DNA from: Raillietiella orientalis
Taxonomy: Eukaryota
DNA length: 64,000 nucleotides
Direction of reading: 5' to 3'
NCBI GenBank assembly: GCA_036172245.1
Contig: JAYWIR010000001.1
Coordinates: forward strand, 7,688,001 to 7,752,000
Within the stretch, counting starts at the first letter, position 1, and each line of letters starts with the position of its first letter. Under the pieces are notes generated by a model. The model saw nothing but the letters and a program-made list of their open reading frames with translations. It was not told where the DNA came from and ran no database searches. Below, piece after piece: positions 14,101 to 26,893 of this stretch. The position numbers were made by a program, and so were the translations under genes.

Positions 14101-15200
14101 TTAGGAATGATGATTTTCATGTTCTTTAATTTAATAGGCCCATTTTTCAATGGGAAATCGAATACACACAAAAACGAGAGCATCAGAGAAAGGCATCATA
14201 TTTCAAGGGTTTCCAGATTTGCCAAGGTTCGAAAAGACTTTCCCATTTACAAAAACAAAAAGGAGATCATAGGGTTTTGAAATGTGAGGAAATGCATATG
14301 CATATTCCAAGAAAAAAACTGAATTTGAGAGTGAATGCAGCTTATTGAGATTTAAGTAAGTAATGCTGCTTCCATACCCATGACTGCGTAGAAGAAAGAG
14401 AGAAGAGGAAGAGAAAGGAAAGAGAAGATTGGAATCATATCGGAACGTAATTTATTTCTAGTTTCCTGTGTTTGTTTTCTGACATACTAATACCAATTCA
14501 ATAAATCACATCCTAACTAAGCTATCATTATGGTTCTTAGACTTGAAAAAAGGGAACCTGTGAGACTTAATTTCATAGTGAACGGATGTTATCATTCAGT
14601 TTACACTCCAGTCTAATGAAAATAAGAAATGTACATTTCATTTCTAGCATCTCCAAAATTAATCAGAAAGTAACCTAAAGATTCTTTTAATACTAAAAGA
14701 AATTCGTGCTTTTTTTTTTCTGGGATATTTTTCACTTGCAATAGTGGAAAGCTGCGAGTACATTGTTTTTCCACAATGGTCAGATTATTGCATAGTCCTC
14801 AAATTCGCTATAAAATTATCTTATATTTCATGTTCCTGCAATAATATGTTTGTGAATGAATGAATAATAAAAGAAACTGTGTAAAGAATTCCTGTTGGAG
14901 GTTTATTTCATGAGAAGTGGGATATACGTTGGGATGCGGTATTTGAATAATGAAAAATTCGTACTTTCTAATTTGTATCTTTGAACGGGCGATCTTGTGA
15001 ATCGTTAATTTTTTTCTTTTCCTGGAAATTCCTTCTTGTATAATTTTTTCGGATAATGCCATAGGAATTTATGTTAGGCGAACACTTCCTTTGTAACTCT
15101 TACACAAACCTATAGAAATTATTGCTAAGACGATAGAGTTGGTATTCGCCAACGAAAGATCCCGCCGTTTTATGGATGCTGCAGGTGCTGACGGTTAATC

Positions 15201-18200
15201 ATGGGGTTAAGTGAAGATTTGTTTGAGGAATTTGATCAACTTGTGCTCTCTGTTGCTGACAACATATTAAAAAAGTGTGAGTAAAACTGATAATTTCGTG
15301 TAGCAAGGGGGTCCAAGTATGCTTTTCATATTTTCATCAGCGTCGTAAATTCTGTAATGAAATGCCAAGGTTCAAAAAAATGATAGCAAATTTATAAAAT
15401 CAAATGCTTAAAAAATAAAACGTGCAACAGTCATGCAGCATTTTTCCTCAGGTTATCGGCCTCATGGAATTTTGTTATTCTTTGCTTTATAAGGATAATT
15501 TTGACGTTGAATTTCATTTCTAACATGAAAATCCTAAAGAAAGTGTTTTTCCCGCTTAGAACTGTGCCTCCTCATTTCAAGCACGTTATTTCAAGTATTT
15601 TTCCCAGAAAACAATGCAAATTTTAAATTCTCGTTCTATATTTGTTTCCCGATTAATTTTGAAAATCATCGTCATCCATGCCTATTATAATTATAGTGTA
15701 GAAATGTTAATCAATGGAAAATTCCTTGCAACAGATTACATCATGTGTCCATTTTGGGAAAAACTTTATATGTATTAGTTTAATTTGTATGATGAATGTA
15801 TTAGTTGCACAATTTTATTTTTTATACAGGTATGAAAATTGCTTAAAAAGCAATGAAAAATCTACTGTTAGTGTGATTTAACTGGTTAAAGGCTAGTAGA
15901 ATTGTTTTGTTTGTTAACACTGGTGGAGAAACATAATATTGTTTGGAATGTGCCGACATTCCATGTGCACAAGTGTAGTGTCTAGTAGGTTGGGGAAATA
16001 AATGATTTAATTTTCTATTTTAAAAACAGTATGGTGTGATGTGTGTATGTTTTTTTGGGGGGGTTTTAAATTGTCATGTCGAGCCCAATGGAAGCTGTTT
16101 TGGACATTGCTTTTGACGGTTAACCACTGTATGCCGTAATAAAATAGTTAAAAATTGCCATTTTAAAAGCAAAGGTTGAATAATTGAAAATGAAAAGCAG
16201 ATTACCTATTGTGAATGCATGTGTTTAAACATTAATGGATTATTATCGAAAGACAGTATGGTCTTGTTGGAGCAACAATTAGGCATTGGGAATTGAATGG
16301 AATGTGTCCTTTTTTTAGTTTAGTGTTTTGCATTTGAATCCATGATTGCGTTTTTTTTTATATATATACTAATAACTCATATATGCGTACTATTTGAGTG
16401 TAAATTTGTACATTCCAGTAAAGAAATCTGTGAATTGTTTTGCGATAGTTTTTGAATGCATTTATCTGTGTATTTTTTTTGGGTTGTTCCAAATTTTTTC
16501 CCCCATCTGCAAAATTTTAAATTATATTTTTCAAAGTTTTTCTAATTGTTTTTAAGTCTGTTGTAATTATACTCGAGATTTAAATAATTTTTTACTGTTT
16601 TTGTTTGGGGTTTTCATTTCTGTTTCAAGTGCCTGTTGTTTTGCCAGTAAGTTGAGTCAGTGATTTTAGTTCAGAATTCTTGAAAAATTAAAAATATTTT
16701 TTTTTTTGGTATAAACAGCACATTAACTGATGTTTGATGTGAAGAGCATAACTTTTAAAAAACAGTACCTTGATTGATAAAATGAACTTGAAATTTCAAG
16801 CTATAAGAGTTACATTGTGGTATCATCAAATGTTGTATTGATTTGTGTATTGCTTTTTATATTACTACTGGTAATGACTTGTACCAATAATAATGATCAT
16901 GTGTGTTATGTTTAATTCGTGAACTTGGCTGTGTGATCTGAGCTGATTTCTTGTGCATTAGGTTGAAATGCTATTCAAATAGATGATGAAAGATAATTCA
17001 GGCATGTTATTCAAGATTGGATGAAGGCAGATCTTGACTTTTAAAATGGAATGTTGATAAAGTACAAAAATTTTTGTATAATTTAATCTTATTCACGCAC
17101 TTGAGAATTTACAACTTAGTGACAGTTATTGATAGTTATTGTGCTTATGAATTCAGGTATCAAATTAAATTAAAGAAAGTAGCAAGCTTAAAATACGTAA
17201 ATGTTGTGAATTTAATAAAAACTTGTTTTTTTTTTATTCAAAAATCATTTGTATATTTCAAGCAGAAGTGATTTATCATGGAATTCCACAGAAAATGCTT
17301 TGGCATTTAACAAAAGAAAACGATTTAGAAATCTTTCAAACAATAATGCATTTATTGAGAAATAGAGGCATAAGAGTTCTAGAAAATTTTTTGCATTGTT
17401 TTTGTTACTAAATTCACACTTTCTCTTGCAGGTTTTCACATCAGTTTTATTTGAGCTGTGTGTTATAAAAGCAAAAATGAGTATGCACTGAACTGGCATT
17501 AAAATATGTGGTTTAGCTGTGGTTACATGGATTGAAAAATTAAATGATAAAAGATTAATGTGCTGAAACAGCTTTTTCATTTTAAACTAAGTGTTCTAAA
17601 ATTTTTGAGGAAAATTAATCTGTCCAAAATTTGTGCTGCATTGGGTGTCATGTAGCAATGTCAAAAGGGAAATAGGGATTTTGGTAAAGAATTTAACACT
17701 TATTATAGTGAATTATTGTGATAGTTGTAATAGTAATTCTTGATTGTAATAGTATTCTTGATTTAGTGGGAAACGATTTTTTTTGTTTACAACAGAAAAT
17801 ATTTTTTTCCGATGTGATTTTATTCCTAGGTTGTTTGGTTAGTTTTTTTTATCTAAGGGAAGGATTACTTGTTGGAGAGGTTGCTTGGTTGTTTGAGCAA
17901 TTCTTAAGTGAGTCTGGAGTTCAGTTGGTAGGTGAGATTGATCAAAGTGATTATTGGCATTAAAATCAGTATTTGTGTAGCCATGTCAGTATATTCGTGT
18001 TATCATTCAATTTGAATTCTTGAGGAACAACTGTACCATGTTTACACCAAGGAAGCAAATGTTATAAAGAAGTGTAACATCTTTTAAAACACTGTGACTA
18101 ATATGAATACATTGCTATCTGAAGAAAACTTGTAAAATGAGAAATTAGGATTAAGTCAATGAAAGCTTGGTAAATGAGTTTGGTTTTTTATTATTTATTA

Positions 18201-21200
18201 CTGTGATTTCTAATTTCATGTTAGTACGAGAATATAATGCATAGTCAAAGAACTTGTGTGAGGAATCCCCAAAGTGAAACTTGGCATGACTATGCCTCTG
18301 AAATGTTTATGTATATCACCATGCATATCATGTTCGCCTTTACAATATCTGTAATTTCCATTTGGATGCCATCATATGCATTTTTTTGAGTGTGAAGCCT
18401 TGGGGTTTTTATGATTTGCACTTAATGCAGCAATAATTGCAAGAGACATTAAATATAGCTTACCTATAAATTACTTCGCTTTTTGAATTTTTTATTCTAT
18501 TTTTCAGTGATTGTGATTTCTTTGATTTGTCTTAAGTCATGACAAATTGCAACTCTTAAATGTACAGTTTCCTTATCCTGTTTGGAAACATTTTCTTAAA
18601 CTATAATCTTATTGCATGCATGTTATTTTGGGACTGCTTTATATTTTATCCTGTTTGCTTTTGTAAATTTGCATTGCTTCAAGTAATTCTATGCTCTTTA
18701 GAACTATGTACAACAACTGTGTATGTTCAAATCATATTCAGGTGAATTGTATCAAGGAAAACTAATAACGTGCAGCTTGCAGAATCGAATAAAGCTGCAG
18801 TGATGGTTGGTTCACGTCTGGTTTTGTGCTTAATCATATCAACTATTGAACCAGATGATGAATACTCGATTACAGTTGACATAAATTACATGCAGCAGTA
18901 CAAAATCAAAGATTGACAAGTGTAGAAAAGAACATTGTTACTTTCCAATTGAAGCAGTTGTTTGGGTAGCTATGATTTAACCCAATTCCACCCAAATTAT
19001 ATATATGTATATAATTTGGTGAATTTCCCAATTATAATTTCAACAAATGTGTGATGTAAAACACATTAAGTGTGCAAAAAACTGAGTGAACATGAACTAT
19101 TTTTAGTGAGTTGCAATTGGTTGGTTAATTGTGCACTGCTTGCTTTAAAAGTTGAAACACATGTCAATGGAAGATGAAATTTCTTGATTTGCAGTTCAGA
19201 GTCTAAGATCTAAGAGTCAATCGGTGGTTGGTTATGGAGAATAAGTTATATAATAGATGTTTCGGGGTAATTAAAAATGCTCTCTAATTTGTTTTTGACT
19301 GAAGATCCTTTGTTGAATCAATTTTTGACTTTGATGATTAATTTTATGAGTTTTATCCTGTGTTTGTACTAACCTACAAAAATGAGATACATTCTTACAG
19401 TAGAATATACAGAAATGTCTTTTGCAAAAACTTGTGCTCACATTTGATATACGGAACAACATAAGTAATAAAACAAGGAAATAAGTGTAGCAAGTTGACT
19501 TTCAAGTTTTGAGAGCCCTTTTTCATTGAATTCGAGACTTTTGAAGTCTTTGTTTGAATGTTCAATATTGTTTGGCTTTTTTTGTTTTTTGTCTTTTTAA
19601 TAATTCTATTTATGATTACATTTCTTGCTAGTATGAGATTTGTGAGTTGTTTATGTTTGTAATTATATCAATTTTAGGACTTTACATATACCATTTTTAC
19701 TTGTTCAGGAACCTAATGTAATTATAGTAAATAAAGCATTGCCTTTTAATTGATCATAAGTATGTATCAGTTTATCAGTGAATCCACCATAATTATGTTT
19801 TCTTGAAAATTATGAGTGTGCATATTCCATTTTTTGCACTATGGGTTTGTTTGAAGTTAGGGGTGAATGAAGAGGAGAATGACAAATCTGGGTTAGTGAT
19901 TCAAGAGAAAGGCAAGAGTTTGTATTTATAATATTTGGGATTAGCATAATTAGTATACAACACCTTACGTAATTATGTAAGGTGCCATAATTACTCATAC
20001 TTTATTACTCATTTATTAAATTCTAATCATGGCTTAAGTTCAAAGATTGAGAGTTTTGATAAGTTGATAATCCATCTCACTTTGAATGTCAAATAGGTTC
20101 AGCTTAGTTATACAAGCCTTTTGTTGGATGAATACTGCTAAATGCAATGAGACTTGATTGTGTATTATATATTATTTGTACTCTTGCTTATTCCAAACTC
20201 AAATTAAGTTTTGAAAACTATTTTGTTTTCATGTATAGTTTGCTTTTCCGTTTATGTTACCCTCACATTCTTGTTTGAGATCATGTTTAGAAACTGGATT
20301 ATTTTTATGCCAAAAATTCTTTGCAGCTTAATTATTCGATATGTAGAATGCAAGCATTTTGGGGCAGTTTTATCATGTGTTAGAGCTGAACATCGATAAC
20401 TTATTAATTGTCATACCAAATCTAAAAGAGCATGTGTAGAAACTCAGACTGATTTGAATTCAAATTTACTTACATCAGAAATTCAATACTTGGCTGTTTT
20501 TGGATTTCTATAAACAAATTCCAGGTTTGTTGCAAATTTTGAAGAACTATCGACTTAAGTCTGATCATCATCATGGAAATCTTTTGTAGTTGAAGAATAA
20601 AAAAAAAAATCATTCTGCAATTAGGTAATGCTACAGGACTCTTCTTTTCATTTGAAGTAATGATTTGCAAGCAAAGATTCAAATGAGCAAGTAAATTTAT
20701 AAAATTCTTTACACATACGCCTTAAATGGTTTTGTGACTTAGTATGCAGTACACTTTGCTTTAATAAACTGTTTAATTTTTATCTTTAAGAGATGAATGT
20801 ATCTCCCCACACCTCACAGATCCATATGTTATTCAGTAATGAAAACATCATTATGGGTTCAGTATTTATGAAAGTATTAGTTACTGCACATCAAAACTGT
20901 AGATGCACAATAGGAAATCGAAAATCTTGAAATTTCACTGGTGTATGTTATGCACCTTTCAAGTAATTTTTTTTTTTTTAAAAAAAAAAAAAAACTTTAT
21001 TGTGAATTGTTTAAATATGCTATTTTCACATAGTGCTCCAATAAAAATATATAGTTGTTGCTGTATGAGGATAAATATGGTGGGTGGGTTTCAAAAGGTG
21101 CATGCAATTCACGTTTTGCAAATGCATTTTTATGACCAGAATGCATTTCAATGTTCTTATCTTGCATTTTTTTTATAAGCTATGCAATGTCAGTTAAGTG

Positions 21201-24200
21201 GCAATTGTGGTTGCTACCATTTTGAGGGGCTAACTACTATTTCAGTTCTTTCAACCATAAGAGAGTTGATTTAGAGTCTCCATTTGGGAGTGTTGGAAAG
21301 TTGTGGTTTATAACTGCAGCGCTATTAAAATATTACTTTTAGCACTAGGCATGTGGAAATTCTTCATTCCTCTTTGTGTGTTACATGAAAACTAAAAGAT
21401 TAATATACAGTTCAGCATATTATGGCATCTTGTGGCATTCAAAGTTAACGTTTAATAAGGATCCAATGAGTTTCACTTATTTAAGCTTATGATTTTTTAG
21501 ATTTTTGCTGTTAATGTTAAAGACCATTTCATTTGATTGATGGTTTTTAAAGCTCTGTCAATTTCGGATTCCCACGTTAATTTTAGTATTCTTGAAATGC
21601 GAATTGCTATCAAGGTTGTCCTTTTGTATCTTAAAATCCTGTGTACTTACATGGCTGGTTTCCATACTTCCTGACATATAAAGATAAGGAAATAGCATGT
21701 ATATTTCATTTCAGTGGTAGCATTTTGTGAAGATTATCACCTATCAGCTGAAGAATTGGTTCATACTTGGGTTAGTTATTCCTTGAAGAAATTCAATAGC
21801 ATTTGTGTACCAACTGGGGATGTCATTCATGATTTTGAAAAGGATGAATTAAGAAAGCACATCCGAACTTGCAACTCTGCGTCTCTTAAGGGTGATAATA
21901 AAGTGAAAGTCTATAATACATCATCATTACATGAATTGTATCCTTTTGAAATTGTTGGATCAAAAATTTGTGCATTTATCCTGACAAACTTGTGATTGCA
22001 CGAAATTCATTAATGTCATTTACCACAGTGTTTGAAAACCAAGATTTTCATTTTCTTAATTTGAGGTTGTTTTGTAAAGTTGTCGGGCATTTCGAGTGGC
22101 ACCATTTTTTCTCTGTACTTGTGATTTATTTGGTACCTAAGTGGAAAAATTATTCCAATCAGAAAATCAAGTAGACAAACATCGGATCCATATGTACTTG
22201 GGATGCATGCATACTGAACTTCTTCAGATTCGTTCTTTCCGGTTTACATATTCAATTTTTGTAATGTCTCAGTCAAATTTCATTTGCTTTTCCTTTCCAA
22301 TAAAGTGAAGTTTTGCGATTTGTTGCTTTGAGGATTTTGTAAACCCCGCTGTTCGGAGAGTGTGACAGACACCTACATGCATATTTGATGGTTCGTGTGT
22401 GTGTAGACGTGAGAAGCCCGTTTGGTAAGCGTTTTTGATCCTGTTGCTTCTGTACGTGCCGCCCCCGAAGAGGTCCCCCCCCCCCTTTTTTTTTTATTTC
22501 TCAGTGAGCACCCATATCTTATTGCACTGTTGAATTTCATTTAATGAAAATTGCGTCAATGTGTGGCATTTCGTACGCTGGTAGAAAGCTCCCATTCCAC
22601 GAAATTTTTTTTTTTTTTCTTTTTTTTTTCCCCCCTCAGCATTTCTGAATCGCGTCTCACCTCCTCCCGCCATCACATGAGGTGCCTCGCATTCTTTCAC
22701 ATTCTATCTCCTTCTATTTCGTAGCTTTACACGTGCACCTCAGTATGAAAGGTACGCGCCTGCGTGTGTTCATTATTTCGGTTTTGTCGGCATGAAATGA
22801 AATTTCGTTTTTCGGGGGGGGGGGGGGGCAGCGTTTTCCTGTTCCTTGCGAGGAATTCTGGTAGTTGGCTGTTTCTCCGGGTGAACTGTCGGGAGTCCAG
22901 TGTCCCGGGGACACTTTGCACACGGACCGTCTCACAGCAGTTCAGTTCCCCTTTGCGATTCACTTCAGCGGGATAATTTGTTTGTTTGGCACGTTGGTTT
23001 TTCCGGTGTTTCAATCGGCGATTCTTCTGTAAATATCTCGTGGAACACCGAACGAGTGTGTTTCCGGTAACCATCGTTTTATCTTCTACAAGGTGGTCGT
23101 CTGTATTGCGAGCCTCGCATATTTTATAAACAAAGCACTTCTTAGCTGGTGAATTTTGTTCAGTTCCCGCAGTGTTTTTTTTTTTTGGTCCAACATATGT
23201 AGGTGTGCACTTAGGATAGGGTGCAGCATCAACAAACACTGATCGGAGCAGACGATCCGAGCCATCTTTTTGTTTTCATCACAAACACGGAGTACACATT
23301 GCAGGCAGGGCGTGATTTGCTCCTGTGGTCAGTGTTTCCCCCTTTTCCTGCGGCATTGAAATAAAATGTGCTCTTTTAAGTGAAAGTCCCTTCGAAGAAC
23401 GTTTTCGTGTCCGTTTCTCGAAGAGTGCTTTGCTCGGTGTTTGCAGGAGGAGCCGAAGCACTGAATAGCATTTCCGTCCATTATTCCTCGAATTATTATT
23501 TTTCGGTTTCGTTTTCCATATTATTTACACACAAAAGGTGTTTCACTGAACGTGCCCCCCGGTGTTTTTTTCCTTTTTCGAAAACACTTGAAAAGGTTTG
23601 AAATTTTCAACTGTGTCGCCTGCAGTTGCACCACAAGTATTTCGCGCGCGTGTGTGTGTTTCGGATGTTTCCGTCGTTCCTCTGCTTCTTTGGACTTTTG
23701 TCTCGATTTGTTTTTTTTTTTCTTTCTTTTCTGTTTTGTTCTGGTAGGAAGGGTTTTCCTCCAACCGTCAGGCGTTTTGTACGGCGAACTTTGTTTTTGA
23801 GTAAAGCAAACATTCCCAGTAGACGTCGGTGGCGAGCAGTCGGAGCTCCTTTGTGCGACCACGCACGGCAGAAACGAAGCAAATGAATTTTCTTTTCCTC
23901 CAACGTGTGCCCCCCCCCCCCCCCCCGACCACATGCCATGCTGTTGTGTGTGTGTGTTTTGCCTCCGACCTGCCGCCGGAGTGCGTCCGTGCCCCTGTGG
24001 TTCCTTCCTTCCTCCGGCTGCCGTTGCCAGGATCTCTTATCGGTCAGGTTGATTTCCTAGTCGTTGCGATGGCTTTTTTTTTTTTTTTTTCATGTTACTC
24101 CAAGCGCGCATAGGTGTTATTTTGGTATTTTTATCGATATACGCATGCGCATATCTGCGGAGTTTGTGTATATATATCACACACACACGTAAATGTGTAG

Positions 24201-26856
24201 AGAAGGGATCCTTCTAGTTTTTTGTTGGGGGGGGGGGGCGTAGATGAATTTTATTCCGGCAACATGCATTCGAATTCCTTTTTTTTTTTTTTTTTTTTTC
24301 CCTCATTTTTGCGGGAAAGTTTTCGTATCGTCGGGGGTATTTTTATTCCCCCCCCCCTCCACATAAGTGGACATTATGTAAAATCATATCACTGGTCGGA
24401 ACTCGGTTGAGTTTCGATGCATTGGAAACTGTTCTTCGGTTCCCCCCCTCCCCCCTGATGCTTGACGCATCTCATTCACACATGAAGACTCGGGGAAGAA
24501 AAAAAAGGATTGTGCTTACTGCAATCGTATATGAATAATCATCACTTTGCAATTTGGAAAAAATGCTCGGAAGAACTCGAAGATAAAGATGGAGGGGGGG
24601 GGGGGCGAATTTTCCTTTCGTCCATATTCGGCGATCACATTGAAGTTTTACGTGTGGCCATCTTGTTTTATCTTAAAAAAGAAAATGAAACCCATTTCAG
24701 CGGATCTGATTTTCCACTTTGGATCTTCGAGGTTCGGCGGGAATGCTCGAAGGTAAGTTGGCAAGGAAAAATGGGAGAAACGGGAAAGTGCGCGAAACGG
24801 AACCGGGAAAGTGTGACGTACACACTGTCCAAAAGCGCAGCAACTTTTTTTTCTTTCTTTTCTTTTCTTTTCTTTTCTTTTCTTTTCTTTTTTTCCTTTT
24901 CTTCTTCTTTTTCTTCTTCTTCCTGCGATTTTCACAGTTTCGTGCTGTTTCGGTGGGATCCGAGGAGGAAAAAAAAAATGATTGCAAATGGACTTTCGGT
25001 TTTGCATTGAGATTACTTTGGCATTTGGCAATTTTTGTACTTTTCGGCGTCATCGCTCGCCTATATAAAGGGAAATTAGTAATCATTTTGAGCAATCGCA
25101 AATAAGTGATTCCAGCAAAACAGCGGGGAAAAAAAATAAAAAAAAAAAGAAAGAAAGAAATGAAAAGAAAAGAAAAGAAGGAAGGAAAAAATGCGTTACA
25201 TTTCAAAAACCTTGAAAAGTGAGTTGAAAGCATCCTTACCGTTGAAAAAAGAAGAAAACTCACGCTGCATCAGTGTGCGGCAGACTGCCTGCTAGTAATG
25301 ATGAAAGGATAAATCAAAAGTTGTTTTTGGTAAATTGTAGGAAAATTGTATCACATTTCAGCAGTCTGATGGTGGCGGGAAGGGAAGAAGAAGGAAGCAG
25401 AAAAGAAAGAAAGAAAAGAAAAAAAAAAAATCCTGAATTCAAGTCTGTAAAGGCAACTGGAAAATTCCACTCGTCCTCCTCCTCCTCCTCTCTCTCTCTC
25501 CCCCCCCCCCTCCGATTTTTATTCTCACGCAAACCGTCGGTTGTATTTCTCTCCCTTGGCACATCTTTCAATATTATGTAAAATTTTCGACAGATTGAGA
25601 AAGCGAATTGGTGAGGGGGGGAGGGGAGGGGAGGGGTAGCTGCCTCTGATTTTACAAGCAGCAACCAAAGCAGCGTCTTTCAAGACTGCGTGTACCCCTG
25701 CATCCATTGGGGGGGGGGGGGAAGGGATGCAAAAATCAATTTGATTTTTCGGCCCAAAAAAAAAAAAAATATGCAGGGGAAAAGAAAAAAAATCCCCCCC
25801 CTCCGTCTTCGCCCCCCCCCCCTTTTAACCGGCAGCGTTTTCCCGAAGTTGCCGTAAGCGCACTGTAAACAAGCAGCGGCGTTTTCGGCCGGGAAATATT
25901 TCGACCTGCATTGCCGCGTGCACTTACGCCAAGTCCGACGTCGTCGCGCACGGAGAGAGTGGAGTGCGCGACACCTTCCCAGCACATCACGAATGGCCAG
26001 TGCGTGCATGTGTGTGCATCATAATGTGTGTGTGTGTGTGTGTGTGTGTGTGGAAAGCTCCGTCGCCGCCGTGAGTGAGTGAGTGAGTGAATCTCGGGAG
26101 CATCCGAGGAGCGGTACACGCCGTTTTCCCTCGTTTTCCTCGTACCGTGCAATGCATTTAGAAGCACGTGATGCCCCCATGCGTCTTATTGTGTGCATAC
26201 TAATATGGGCTCCAACAGGCTTTCCACCACCCGATTGTACATGTGCAGTGTCAACGAGGTCTCGCAACGAGCAGCGCTTCCTCGTCGTCTAAGTGTTTCC
26301 AGCAGTCACGCCGAAAATGAATTCCGTGTACACGTGCGTAAATAGATGTGTGTGTATGGAATGTGCGTTTTGCTTTCTTTAACTGTGTGTGTGTGTGTGC
26401 TGCCTGCCTGCCTGCCTGCCTGTGGTCGTCGGTAGCTGCGTCCGAGGGAACCGAGGCAAAAAAAGGAAAAAAAAAAAAAAAAAAAAGGAAAAAGAAAGAA
26501 AGAAAGAAAGGAAGGAAGGAAGGAAGAAGAAGAAGAAGAAGAAAAAAAAAAAAAACCCGAAGCCGGTGGAACGCGTCAAACATTCGTTTCTCGTTATGGA
26601 ATTTTAAAATGTCAGTTATGGAAAATGATTGCTTTGTATGGGATAGGGAATACAGTAAAATTTGAGCCACGTAAATGAATCGGATTCCCGAATTCCTTAA
26701 CTTTGCTTAGATACGGAGGAGACAGCCTGCTAGAAGCATATGGACACACGCATACCTCCATACATGTGAGTATTCGATGCTGGATGTGTCACACTTTTAA
26801 ACTTTATTATTTTTTTTATCTTATCGTTAGCCTTTTTTTTTTTTTTTTTTCTTTCC

Positions 26857-26893
<37 letters not shown>

